In this document: positions 17,168 to 27,287 of the stretch, one piece after another
Position numbering within the stretch: the stretch's first letter is position 1
Layout of the letters: each line of letters opens with the position of its first letter
Virus record (IMG/VR): IMGVR_UViG_2061766007_004178
Reading direction: 5' to 3' (one strand)
Length of the DNA stretch: 64,000 nt
Source of the DNA: an uncultured virus (IMG/VR IMGVR_UViG_2061766007_004178)
Taxonomy: Duplodnaviria > Heunggongvirae > Uroviricota > Caudoviricetes
Made by a program: the position numbers and the translations under genes
The notes under the pieces: model-generated
What the model was told of the DNA's origin: nothing
Database searches by the model: none
Seen by the model: the letters and a program-made list of their open reading frames with translations, nothing else

Positions 17168-17644
17168 CTAGAAGCGTTGGATTATGTTAGAGAATAGGTC
17201 AAGCATGTCGTCGAAATAGCTGGACGCTGGCTTGTAGTCGAACGGATCGCTCGTGATTGTCGCGACGTTGTCTCCGTCCTTGAGGCAAAGCCTGTATCCT
17301 TCTGGATGGGCCTTCTGGAATTCGCTGAGCTTTTTATCGTAGTCGTCTTCGGCGACATCCTTGGCTTCACGGACTTCCTTAAGGCCGGTTCTGAACGCTT
17401 CTTCGGCGGCTCTGACCGTTTGGTCGTAGGTTTTCCTGAGCTCGATGAGCTTTTCGTTGTAAGTACGTCTTGCGGCGTTGCGGGCTTTGAATGCCTCTTC
17501 GACGCCTTTCGATTCTTTAGCGACGAGCGCTTTGGCTTCCGCTTTGGCGGCCTCGGCTCTCTTGTGCTCTGCTTCGGCTTTGACGCATTCGTCTTCGCTG
17601 TCAAAGTACTTGTTTAGAATTTCTGAGTAATACATTTGTTTCAT
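17168..17644 (-). CDS. coiled-coil hypothetical protein
   Basis: AGGAG RBS; YYSEILNKYFDSEDECVKAE then long helical region. Confidence 0.7.
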   Translation of the reverse strand: MKQMYYSEILNKYFDSEDECVKAEAEHKRAEAAKAEAKALVAKESKGVEEAFKARNAARRTYNEKLIELRKTYDQTVRAAEEAFRTGLKEVREAKDVAEDDYDKKLSEFQKAHPEGYRLCLKDGDNVATITSDPFDYKPASSYFDDMLDLFSNIIQRF

Positions 17645-17806
17645 TTTTAATATCTCCTAATTCTGTATTAGTTTTTTAACAGCCTCCACCGTTTCTCTCC
17701 GGCTCTTGGCTGCCTCTATTAAAATAAGTTCGCATCAAGTATCAAGCTGGGGCTTGGCTCCTCGACGCTTTATGTTCGCTCGTTATTAATATACGATGTT
17801 TTCTGT

Positions 17807-20800
17807 CTATTTTTCTTCGTCAGGGCGTCTTTCGGCGTCGATTTTCTCGATGTTTCCGTCTTTATAATATATAACGGCTTTCTTCCCGTCGGTCCTGATG
17901 AAGTTGATGTTGCTGCTAGGTAAGCCGGTCCTGATCTCCTCCTCAGGTTGCTTATCGCTTTCTTTGAGGGATTCATCGCATTCGGCGCAGATCCAGCTGC
18001 CGTCGTCGGCNNNNNNNNNNNNNNNNNNNNNNNNNNNNNNNNNNNNNNNNNNNNNNTTCGTAGTCTTCGTCGTGCTCGACGTCGTCTTCGACGCTTTCGA
18101 CGACCGTAAGGGTCTCGCCGCGGGATTTGAGATCGGCGACGCATCTGCTGCAAAGCCAGCCGAAGTTGAGCTCGTGCTTCATCTCGCCAGCCGTTTCGAC
18201 GTCGCCGCACCAGGCGCAGTGATGGAGCGTGTCGAATCCTTCTAGGCTGTTTCCGTCTTCGTCGCAGTTGTATTCGGCCTGCTCTTCGGGAGTGAAGCGC
18301 TCTGGCTTATCATCGGCGCCTTCGGTCAGCTTGAGGCCTTCCGCGAAGCTTCTGTTAGGGTAAGCGACATAGACCGTGCCGCAGGATTTGTACTGGGCTT
18401 TGAATTTCTTGGTCTCGTCGAAGACGCTGTCGCAGACGATAGGATCCTTCAGCTCGAAGAATTTTCCGTCGTACGATTTGTTCGAATAGCCGTAGATGAC
18501 CGGTTTGTTTTTGGATTTGGCGACGGCGAGCGCTTTGTTGTAGCTGACTTCCTTATCGCCTTCTTCTTTGGCTTCCGTCAGGCTTTCGCTGATGATTTCG
18601 AATTTATCGGATTCAGGGATGATCGCGAGCCCTCCCCAAGTGCCGTGCAGCTGGCCGAGGTCATCGATGTGGTCAATGACGCCTTCTTTGCCGAAATAGG
18701 ATTCGTCTTCATCGGCTAAGGATATGATTCTTATCTTATCGCCGACTTTAGCATGTAATTCAGCAGCAGCTTCTTGAAGAGCGTTATGCTCACTTACTGG
18801 AAAATCTTGATCAAATGAACTTTTTTGTAAAGATTCATTTAAGCCAAGAGCTTTTCTAATGGGCTTTTCATATTCTGGGTAGTCAGAAGCAGTTCTTTCT
18901 TCTTGTTCTTCACTTGGGTCATAGACAGAGCAAATTAGATCGCCTTCATCTTTTTCTTCAAATGGTGGAAACATTTGTATTCAATTTAATCCGACTTTAT
19001 CTTTATCTTCTTGACTAAGCTTATTAATATAATCTAAAATTTCTTTTAAGGCATCATCAGCTAGTGGATGATTATTATTTTCTACTTCGTTACGATGAGT
19101 GCCATTATCATCAAGCCAAATACTATAATTACCATAAAGAGGATATTCATCTTCATAGTCTGACCAATCAGGCTCTATATCACCTTGATAGATAAGCTCA
19201 AATCCTGGACATTCACCAGCATATAGTTTACGATAGCCATTATAGCCAAGGTTTTTTAAGGTTCAAAGAGTAAGTTCTTTATTTTTAGACTGCTCAACTA
19301 AATCATCAAAAATGGCTTGCTCTTTTTCACTTGGGGCAGTGTATTTAATAACACCTGGCGCAGTGTCTCCACCACCTAAACCAAAGTCTAATCAATCTGG
19401 ATAGCAATCATCTACTGCTTTTTTGGCTTCACTTTCATCGTAGCCAATGTAATAAATATCATCACCACCATCACCAATAACAGCAGCAATATAATTTGGT
19501 TTAGAAATAGCTTCTGTTAATTGTTCTTTAACCACTGGCTCTTCAATAGATTTTTCAATAACAGGCTCTTCAATGACAGGGGTCTCTTCTTTGTGCTCGC
19601 CGCCGAACGGTATCTCGGAAGTGGCGTCGATAAGCTCATCGATATGCTCTTTCTCTTCAGCTTCTATATGATTGATTGTATCGATTAAGTCGTCTTTGTG
19701 CTCGATTGGCTTGTCTAAGATGTCCGCTTTGGCAGTCTCATAGTTGTCTATCGCGCTGATCTCGTCGTTAACGAGGTTGTTCAGCTCCTGATGGACTTCG
19801 AGTTTGACCGCCTCTGGGTCTGGCGGAAGCTCGTCTTCGTCTTTCTTTTTGGCGGCTTCTTCTAGGGTCTCAATCATTCGGCCATGCCTGTCGGTGACGG
19901 TGCCGTCGTCGCAGACTATGAAATCTTCGCCGCAGTCTCTGCAGATGTATTTAGAACTGTCGTCATCAGAATCTATGAGGTCGATATTGTCGCCGTGGCA
20001 GTATGGGCAAGTGCCGTCGTCTTCTTTGGCTTCAGTCAGCTCTTCATTGATTTTAATATCGACTTTTTCGCCGGCCAGCGGTTTTTCTAAGGCTGGCTTT
20101 TTCATCTTGCAGTCCAAAGGCTTCTCGTCTTCAGAATGAGCGATGACCTTAGCGACGTCGCATTTGACGACCGCGTTATCGGTTCCTTGCAGCTTCTGGT
20201 CGCTTTCGATGGCTGCAGGTCTGTCATTAATGTGTTCTCTCAGGCTTTCTTCGATAATCTCAAGAGAATCATCGAATTTGTCGTGGCCGCCAACTAATTC
20301 GAATTCAATGGCGTCATCTTCGACTTTGGCGTCCTTCGGCAGCGTTTTCCAGTAAGCAAGTTTATGGCTTAAATCCAAAATCTCTTTATCATCTGGATAA
20401 GTTTCTTCGCCTCTGTAAGCAAATTGAACGTAACCGATATCTTTTCCTTTATAAGAAATTTTATAAAGGAGCGGGTCATGGTCTGATCAATTCATTGGAT
20501 CATCGTCTTCCCACCAGTACTCGTCTAGTTTTTTCTCTTCGATGCCGGCTTCGTGCTTTCTGACTTCATCGGCGTCGAGAGGCTCNNNNNNNNNNNNNNN
20601 NNNNNNNNNNNNNNNNNNNNNNNNNNTCTTGGGTCTTCGTACTCCAAGTCAAACGGATCGGCGTCGATCAAGTCGAGGTTGGTTCCCTGATGGCTGTGGC
20701 GCTCTTGGTCGCATTTGACGCAAAGGTAGCCGTCGTCTGTCTTGACGCATTCGGCTTTCGGGAAAAGCTCGAAGCAGCATTTGCACTCGACGGTGTCTTC

Positions 20801-21016
20801 GTGCTCTTCGAGGTTTCTGACCGCCTCTTTGATGTCCAGCTCTTCGCATTGGGCCGGTCTGTCTGGCTCATCCCAATCCGCGGGGGCTTCTGGGATGCCG
20901 TTATACAAATCGGCGAGCTCGGCGTATTCCTTGTCGTCGGTCTCTTTCAGGCCCTCTATGTCAGACGCAGGGAAATCCTGGTCCAATTCGTTGATTTCTT
21001 TTTCGATCACTGTCAT
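17807..21016 (-). CDS. about 1070 aa acidic multidomain protein (several CxxC zinc ribbons, DUF4314-like domain); putative protease-processed head cargo
   Basis: ORF-track pieces join into one frame when TGA at 20487, 19392, 19263 and 18981 is read as Trp and two N gaps are bridged; late promoter upstream; repeated L-x-E motifs. Confidence 0.7.
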
Positions 21017-21048
21017 GGGTTTTTCTCCTTAAAAGCAGCTTTATCAAA

Positions 21049-21057
21049 TAATTTAGC
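21049..21057 (-). promoter_or_regulatory. putative late promoter motif GCTAAATTA
   Basis: Exact motif upstream of the 21016 start. Confidence 0.65.
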
Positions 21058-21073
21058 AAATTTAAGGGCGCAT

Positions 21074-21107
21074 AAAAAAAGAAGCGCATGCTATTACGCT
21101 TCTTTTT
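21074..21107 (-). terminator. intrinsic terminator (bidirectional-looking)
   Basis: AAAGAAGCG/CGCTTCTTT stem with A/T runs on both sides. Confidence 0.6.
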
Positions 21108-21461
21108 ATGCTTTGTGGTAATCGTCGTCCGGCACGAGCGGGTCAAGCTCGCTCGGCTCGTCTTCTGGCAGTACGGGAATGGCTGTCCCATCTGGGGCGT
21201 CGGTTTGCGCCGCTCGAAGGCGGTTCGCTTGCTCTAGGACGCTTTCGGCGTATTTGCGTGTGAGCTGATCTTTGAAGTAGCTGATAGATGAATCGAAGTC
21301 GTCGTTAGTCACCAAGCNNNNNNNNNNNNNNTGACGACTTTCTTGAACGCGAGGTCGTCGATGTTCGCCTGATATAGTTCGGTGTTATTCACGTAATCTA
21401 TGGCTTCCTCTAGGGTTTCCGGCAGTTTGCAGAACTCGCCGAATATGTTGCGTAGTTTCAT
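21106..21461 (-). CDS. hypothetical protein
   Basis: Start MKLRNIFGEF at 21461, short N gap, TAA at 21106. Confidence 0.55.
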
Positions 21462-21477
21462 GTATTATTATACGATA

Positions 21478-23042
21478 TTAATAATACAAAGCCACACAGC
21501 TATTGCCGCCGTCGCCACCGAGTTTGATGGCTGNNNNNNNNNNNNNNNNNNNNNNNNNNNNNNNNNNNNNNNNNNNNNNNNNNNNNNNNNNNNNNNNNNN
21601 NNNNNNNNNNNNNNNNNNNNNNNNNNNNNNNNNNNNNCATAGTAAGATGCGCCTCCTCCGCTGGCGAACATCTTATCAGGGCCCCATACTTCGCCTGATG
21701 CTCCGCCTCCGAAGCCTCCGACGACTTTCGATAGGCCTGGCTTGATGTAATACCCTTCATCGCGGACCGCTCGCAGCGTATGCGCTTCTGAGCTTTCTCC
21801 GGGGCGGCCGTCGCTGCCGCCGGCTTTGCCGCTGATGAATGCATCCGACAATTTGTTGCCGTTTTTGAATTTGATCGGCCAGAATATCGGTTCATGCTGG
21901 TCTGTGTATTGGTCGTTCGTGATTGAGGCTTTGCCGCCTGCTCCGCCTTGGGCCGGAATTGAAGGAATGTGCGGCGTATCGGCTACGATTNNNNNNNNNN
22001 NNNNNNNNNNNNNNNNNNNNNNNNNNNNNNNNNNNNNNNNNNNNNNNNNNNNNNNNNNNNNNNNNNNNNNNNNNNNNNNNNNNNNNNNNNNNNNNNNNNN
22101 NNNNNNNNNNNNNNNNNNNNNNNNNNNNNNNNNNNNNNNNNNNNNNNNNNNNNNNNNNNNNNNNNNNNNNNNNNNNNNNNNNNNNNNNNNNNNNNNNNNN
22201 NNNNNNNNNNNNNNNNNNNNNNNNNNNNNNNNNNNNNNNNNNNNNNNNNNNNNNNNNNNNNNNNNNNNNNNNNNNNNNNNNNNNNNNNNNNNNNNNNNNN
22301 NNNNNNNNNNNNNNNNNNNNNNNNNNNNNNNNNNNNNNNNNNNNNNNNNNNNNNNNNNNNNNNNNNNNNNNNNNNNNNNNNNNNNNNNNNNNNNNNNNNN
22401 NNNNNNNNNNNNNNNNNNNNNNNNNNNNNNNNNNNNNNNNNNNNNNNNNNNNNNNNNNNNNNNNNNNNNNNNNNNNNNNNNNNNNNNNNNNNNNNNNNNN
22501 NNNNNNNNNNNNNNNNNNNNNNNNNNNNNNNNNNNNNNNNNNNNNNNNNNNNNNNNNNNNNNNNNNNNNNNNNNNNNAGTGCTTCCGCTGCCGCCTCCGC
22601 CGGCGCCTTGCATGACCATGAATATCCTGTCTGGGATTACGCCGTCTCGGAAATCTGACGCGACTAAAAAACGCCTTCCGCCAGGATATTCTATGACGAG
22701 CGTTTCGGCGTCGTCGATTGTCTCTATGCTTAATGTGCAGGTCTGCTCAGCGTTTGCGCCAGTATGGTCGAACGAGAAAAATTCATTGTCAAAACTAGGC
22801 TTATAGCCTGGCAGGACCACATAGCCTGCGTCATGCTTCGAGCTGTCATCTTCGAAGCCGGCGAATTCGAACTCCATGGCGTCTTGTCAAGGTTCCGTCT
22901 TGAGAACGCCAGATATGCGCTTTCCGTCGGAATAATAATAGTTTTTGAATTCGATTGCCGGGAATTTGATGCGATCAGTGTTGACGAGGTATGGATAGGC
23001 CTGGTTGCCGTGATAATACTGTTTGTTTACGTCTGAACCCAT
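21478..23042 (-). CDS. glycine-rich tail fibre tip/adhesin-like protein
   Basis: QGAGGGGSG, AQGGAGG, ASGGGAS and terminal GGDGGNSCVALYY; TGA at 22887 read as Trp; large N gaps. Confidence 0.6.
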
Positions 23043-23059
23043 ANNNNNNNNNNNNNTTA

Positions 23060-25938
23060 TTATTTGCTTTCGAGTTTTTTCTTGAGGTCTCTGACTTCTT
23101 CGAGCAGCAGATAGACCAGCTTGGTCTCTTGGATGCTCAGATAGCCGTCGTTTTCGACAGAGACAAGCTCTGGGCAGATCTTCTGAAGGTCCTGCGCCAG
23201 GCATCCGATTTGGCCTTTGCTGCCGTTAATGAAATCATATTTGTAGATAGGCAGGTCTAAGATAGAGCCATTTGGCTTGTATTCGGCGAAGTTTTCTTTC
23301 AGGCGGCTGTCTGAGGTCGCATGGAAGCTGTCTGCCGTGATTCTGCCTGTCGTTGTGATGTCGCCGGTAGTAGTCAGATGGCACTCATCGTCAATCGTCA
23401 TGTTGCCGTAATCGGTATGGATGTAGGCCGCTTTGGAATTGAGATAGTCACCGAGCTCGACCCATGCGTGTCCGTCATGTTTGATCGTCACTTTTCCGCC
23501 GGTCTCGGCATCGTTTTTGACGACGAGCTTATCGGCTACCGTTTTNNNNNNNNNNNNNNNNNNNNNNNNNNNNNNTGCCCCAGCTCGCTATATTGCCTGA
23601 AGGCGATTGCGGCTTTCTTTGAAGCGCCATTGCGCCAAGTGGCGAATTCGGCTTCGGTCAGCTTATTGCTGCTGGCGCTTAAGTCGAGTTTGAATAGCGG
23701 CCTTGAGGCGGTTAAGCCAGCTTTGAAGACGCTGCTTGTATCATTCTGTTCGATGATCGTGCTCAATGAGTGTTCGATTTCGATGTCTGGGGCTTTGATT
23801 GGGTTCTTGGCCTCTATTCCGTTTGTCGCCGACAGCAATATCTTATTCTGAGCGGCGAGATAGAGGCAGTTGTCGGTCCAGCTTGAGATGCTCGGTGTAT
23901 TTCCTGCCGATATCCTTGTGGTTGAGCCGCTGACGCCGTTTCCGATCGACATGACGTGGTCGTCGAATTTTATGACGCTGGTATCGTTGTATTTGATGTT
24001 GACGGTCTTGTTCTGTTCGAGAGGATCTCTTTCGAACTTGAGGTTGTCGTATAATGTGGTAAGGCCAGATATCGCGGTTTCGCCGTTGATGTCGGTGCTG
24101 CCTATGAGGACGATCGCCTCATCTTCGCCTCCGAGCGTGACGCTGCCTTCGATATTGGCGTCGCCGGCGACGTCGAGGTCATTTCCGACGCTAAGTTTAT
24201 CGGTTATCTCGGTCTCGCCGTCTATCGTCGTTTCGCCGGTCAGGTTTATATGTTCGCTCGCCAGGCTCAGTATATCGCCTGTTTTGCTGTATTGTATCTT
24301 GCTGGCATCGCCCTGTTTGATGTCGAGGTTGTTCAGCTTGATGTTGACCGTCTGGGCGGCCAGGTCGGCTTTGTACGTATTGGCCGAGGCGTCTTTCTCC
24401 AGGCTGAATTTTCCGTAGGTGCTGCTGGCCGAGGTGAGGGTCATGCTGATTTTGCCTGGGACGCCGGATGCGTTGCTCTGAAGCAGGATCTGCTCGGCGC
24501 CGTTGCCGAGGAGCCTGATTTTGTCGGTGGCTTTGATTTTCGTCTCGCTTTCGCGCATGTCGACGAAATCGGCGTCGTGTCTGTTGACACGCAGCCTATC
24601 TAAGGCGATGACATCGGCGGAATGCTCGNNNNNNNNNNNNNNNNNNNNNNNNNNNNNNNNNNNNNNNNNNNNNNNNNNNNNNNNNNNNNNNNNNNNNNNN
24701 NNNNNNNNNNNNNNNNNNNNNNNNNNNNNNNNNNNNNNNNNNNNNNNNNNNNNNNNNNNNNNNNNNNNNNNNNNNNNNNNNNNNNNNNNNNNNNNNNNNN
24801 NNNNNNNNNNNNNNNNNNNNNNNNNNNNNNNNNNNNNNNNNNNNNNNNNNNNNNNNNNNNNNNNNNNNNNNNNNNNNNNNNNNNNNNNNNNNNNNNNNNN
24901 NNNNNNNNNNNNNNNNNNNNNNNNNNNNNNNNNNNNNNNNNNNNNNNNNNNNNNNNNNNNNNNNNNNNNNNNNNNNNNNNNNNNNNNNNNNNNNNNNNNN
25001 NNNNNNNNNNNNNNNNNNNNNNNNNNNNNNNNNNNNNNNNNNNNNNNNNNNNNNNNNNNNNNNNNNNNNNNNNNNNNNNNNNNNNNNNNNNNNNNNNNNN
25101 NNNNNNNNNNNNNNNNNNNNNNNNNNNNNNNNNNNNNNNNNNNNNNNNNNNNNNNNNNNNNNNNNNNNNNNNNNNNNNNNNNNNNNNNNNNNNNNNNNNN
25201 NNNNNNNNNNNNNNNNNNNNNNNNNNNNNNNNNNNNNNNNNNNNNNNNNNNNNNNNNNNNNNNNNNNNNNNNNNNNNNNNNNNNNNNNNNNNNNNNNNNN
25301 NNNNNNNNNNNNNNNNNNNNNNNNNNNNNNNNNNAGCTTGGTTTGTCTTGCTGCCCAAGATGATCGAGGTCACGATTTTTCCGCTACTGTCGGTTTTGTA
25401 TCCTGAGCCTGATTTTATATTAGGCAGATAATTGCTGCAGACGGTTTGTCCTGCAGCNNNNNNNNNNNNNNNNNNNNNNNNNNNGGGATATCCGCCGCGA
25501 TGCCGATGCCAGCGAAGTAGTAATCCGTTCCGCCTGGAGCGACTAACGCATCCAACTCGTTTGAGCTGCCGCCGTCGCATCTGGCAAGGACTTTGGTGAC
25601 CCTTACGCTTTCAGGAACCAAATTGTCCGCGATATCGGATCCAACCAATTCGATGCCCCTGAGCATTATATATAAATATTTGTCTTTGAGTTCTTCTACG
25701 GTGGCGGAATCGATATCGGATAACTCGAAATAGTAGCCGCCGATTACGCNNNNNNNNNNAGGAGATAGCTGCCATTGCCGTTCAAAAGGCCGCCGGTTCT
25801 GACTGTGTTGTATTCAGACGGTATGCGGGATTCTGGGTCGAACGTGTATTCGCCTCAATGGCCTCTGAATGAGACTGGGTAGGCTTTTACGTCGCCGCTC
25901 TTGAAGTATTTGTTTCCATCGACAGTAAGTAAGCTCAT
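23060..25938 (-). CDS. tail fibre protein with C-terminal intramolecular chaperone (peptidase S74-like); may be more than one gene
   Basis: Start MSLLTVDGNK at 25938 (TGA at 25855 as Trp); beta-rich repeats; C-terminal ATSDSRLKENF...IGCLAQDLQKICPELV...coiled coil; about 700 bp N gap inside. Confidence 0.6.
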
Positions 25939-25941
25939 GGT

Positions 25942-26553
25942 TTAGTTCTCCTTGTTTGAAATCGAAAGCGTCCAGCTGATTATCAGGCTGAAGTCGCCTG
26001 TGGCGTCGCCGATTGAGATGGCATCCCATTCGGTTTTCTGCTCATTCGCGAACAGATAATACGCATAGACGTCGCCTGTAGTGCTGATTGCGTTGTTAGG
26101 ATATAGGCCGACGGCGTGAATCTTGGCGCCTGCTATGTAGGCGAACGGCACGTTGAAGTGGAAGCTCACCTCATAGTAGTCGCCATCGTCGTTTCCGCCG
26201 CTAGCGTTCGGGTCATGCTTCAGCCTGATCGTCGGCGCCGTATCGTATAGAATATACGGCGAAACCTCCGTCAAATAGGCGCTGTCGTCATGCCAGCTGA
26301 ATTCGTTTGGCATGCGAAGCTCGCCTGGGTAGCTGAACAGCTTGATTTTGACCGGCTTGNNNNNNNNNNNNNNNNNNNNNNNNNNNNNNNNNNNNNNNNN
26401 NNNNNNNNNNNCGCTGTTGCTGAAGCTTTTGTTTATTATCGTCCTGTTTCCGTGCTTGACGCTGAGGTTGATCTTGCCTTGGTAGCCGATGTTCTGCGTG
26501 CCGGAAACGGTCGACGTCTTCGTTACCGTTTTCTTCTTTCTTCCTCTTGCCAT
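25942..26553 (-). CDS. virion/baseplate-associated protein
   Basis: 203 aa ORF between baseplate and fibre genes. Confidence 0.6.
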   Translation of the reverse strand: MARGRKKKTVTKTSTVSGTQNIGYQGKINLSVKHGNRTIINKSFSNSXXXXXXXXXXXXXXXXXXKPVKIKLFSYPGELRMPNEFSWHDDSAYLTEVSPYILYDTAPTIRLKHDPNASGGNDDGDYYEVSFHFNVPFAYIAGAKIHAVGLYPNNAISTTGDVYAYYLFANEQKTEWDAISIGDATGDFSLIISWTLSISNKEN

Positions 26554-26555
26554 GT

Positions 26556-27278
26556 TTAATCCTCGCTGTTGTCTTTAAATATCATAGTATTGGCCAAAAT
26601 GCCTTGCGTATCGCTGGCATCCGCGCTCCTGAGATCCTGTACGTTGACCACGCCTTCGCCTCTGTCGGTCGCGTCGGTCTCGCTGATCTGCGGGATGACC
26701 GCCATGCCGCTGCCGGCGTAGAAGGCTTGTTTCGCGTCTGGGTTTGCCTCATTGGTCAATAGCGTGAACGTGTCTTTCGCGCCGACGGCCGTCGTGGCAG
26801 GCTCATNNNNNNNNNNNNNNNNNNNNNNNNNNNNNNNNNNNGCTGGCATGATATAGGTGAACAAGTCAGTTAATAAAGTCGTGTTCGAGACGCCGACCGG
26901 CAGATATAGCGTGAATTCCGAATTGTCGCCGCTCAGCGCGTATTCGACCGGGTCGGTGATGCCTTCTGCGTGGAAAATCGCCGTGCAAGCCAAAACGATC
27001 GCCTTTATCGAGCCCTTGTTCCTCAGGATTTCGGACAGGCAGGCGCAGATGGCCCTGAGCTGTTTGGATACGTATTTATGCCTTGGCTTGAAGCCTAAGG
27101 TAAGCGCCAGCAGCTCGACGAACTGGTCGTCCGAATTGTCGCTCAGAGGGAGGGAATAGATGAGGTCGGCGTTCGTTTTGGCGTAGTTCAAAACGAGGTC
27201 GAACAGCCTTCCTATGAACTGGAAGTCGCGGGATTCGGCGTAGTATACGTCAGGTGTGTAATCTTGCAGCCTTATCAT
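26556..27278 (-). CDS. baseplate wedge subunit (gp7/P2 gpI-like)
   Basis: TPDVYYAESRDF...LLALTLGF...KGSIKAI pattern; follows gp6-like gene. Confidence 0.65.
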   Translation of the reverse strand: MIRLQDYTPDVYYAESRDFQFIGRLFDLVLNYAKTNADLIYSLPLSDNSDDQFVELLALTLGFKPRHKYVSKQLRAICACLSEILRNKGSIKAIVLACTAIFHAEGITDPVEYALSGDNSEFTLYLPVGVSNTTLLTDLFTYIMPXXXXXXXXXXXXXEPATTAVGAKDTFTLLTNEANPDAKQAFYAGSGMAVIPQISETDATDRGEGVVNVQDLRSADASDTQGILANTMIFKDNSED

Positions 27279-27287
27279 ATTCTATCC

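Noticed and set aside
21991..25334. Diversity-generating retroelement or invertible tail-fibre cassette in the large N gaps
   Set aside because: The gaps could reflect hypervariability, but no reverse transcriptase, invertase or template repeat is visible and the sequence is unreadable.
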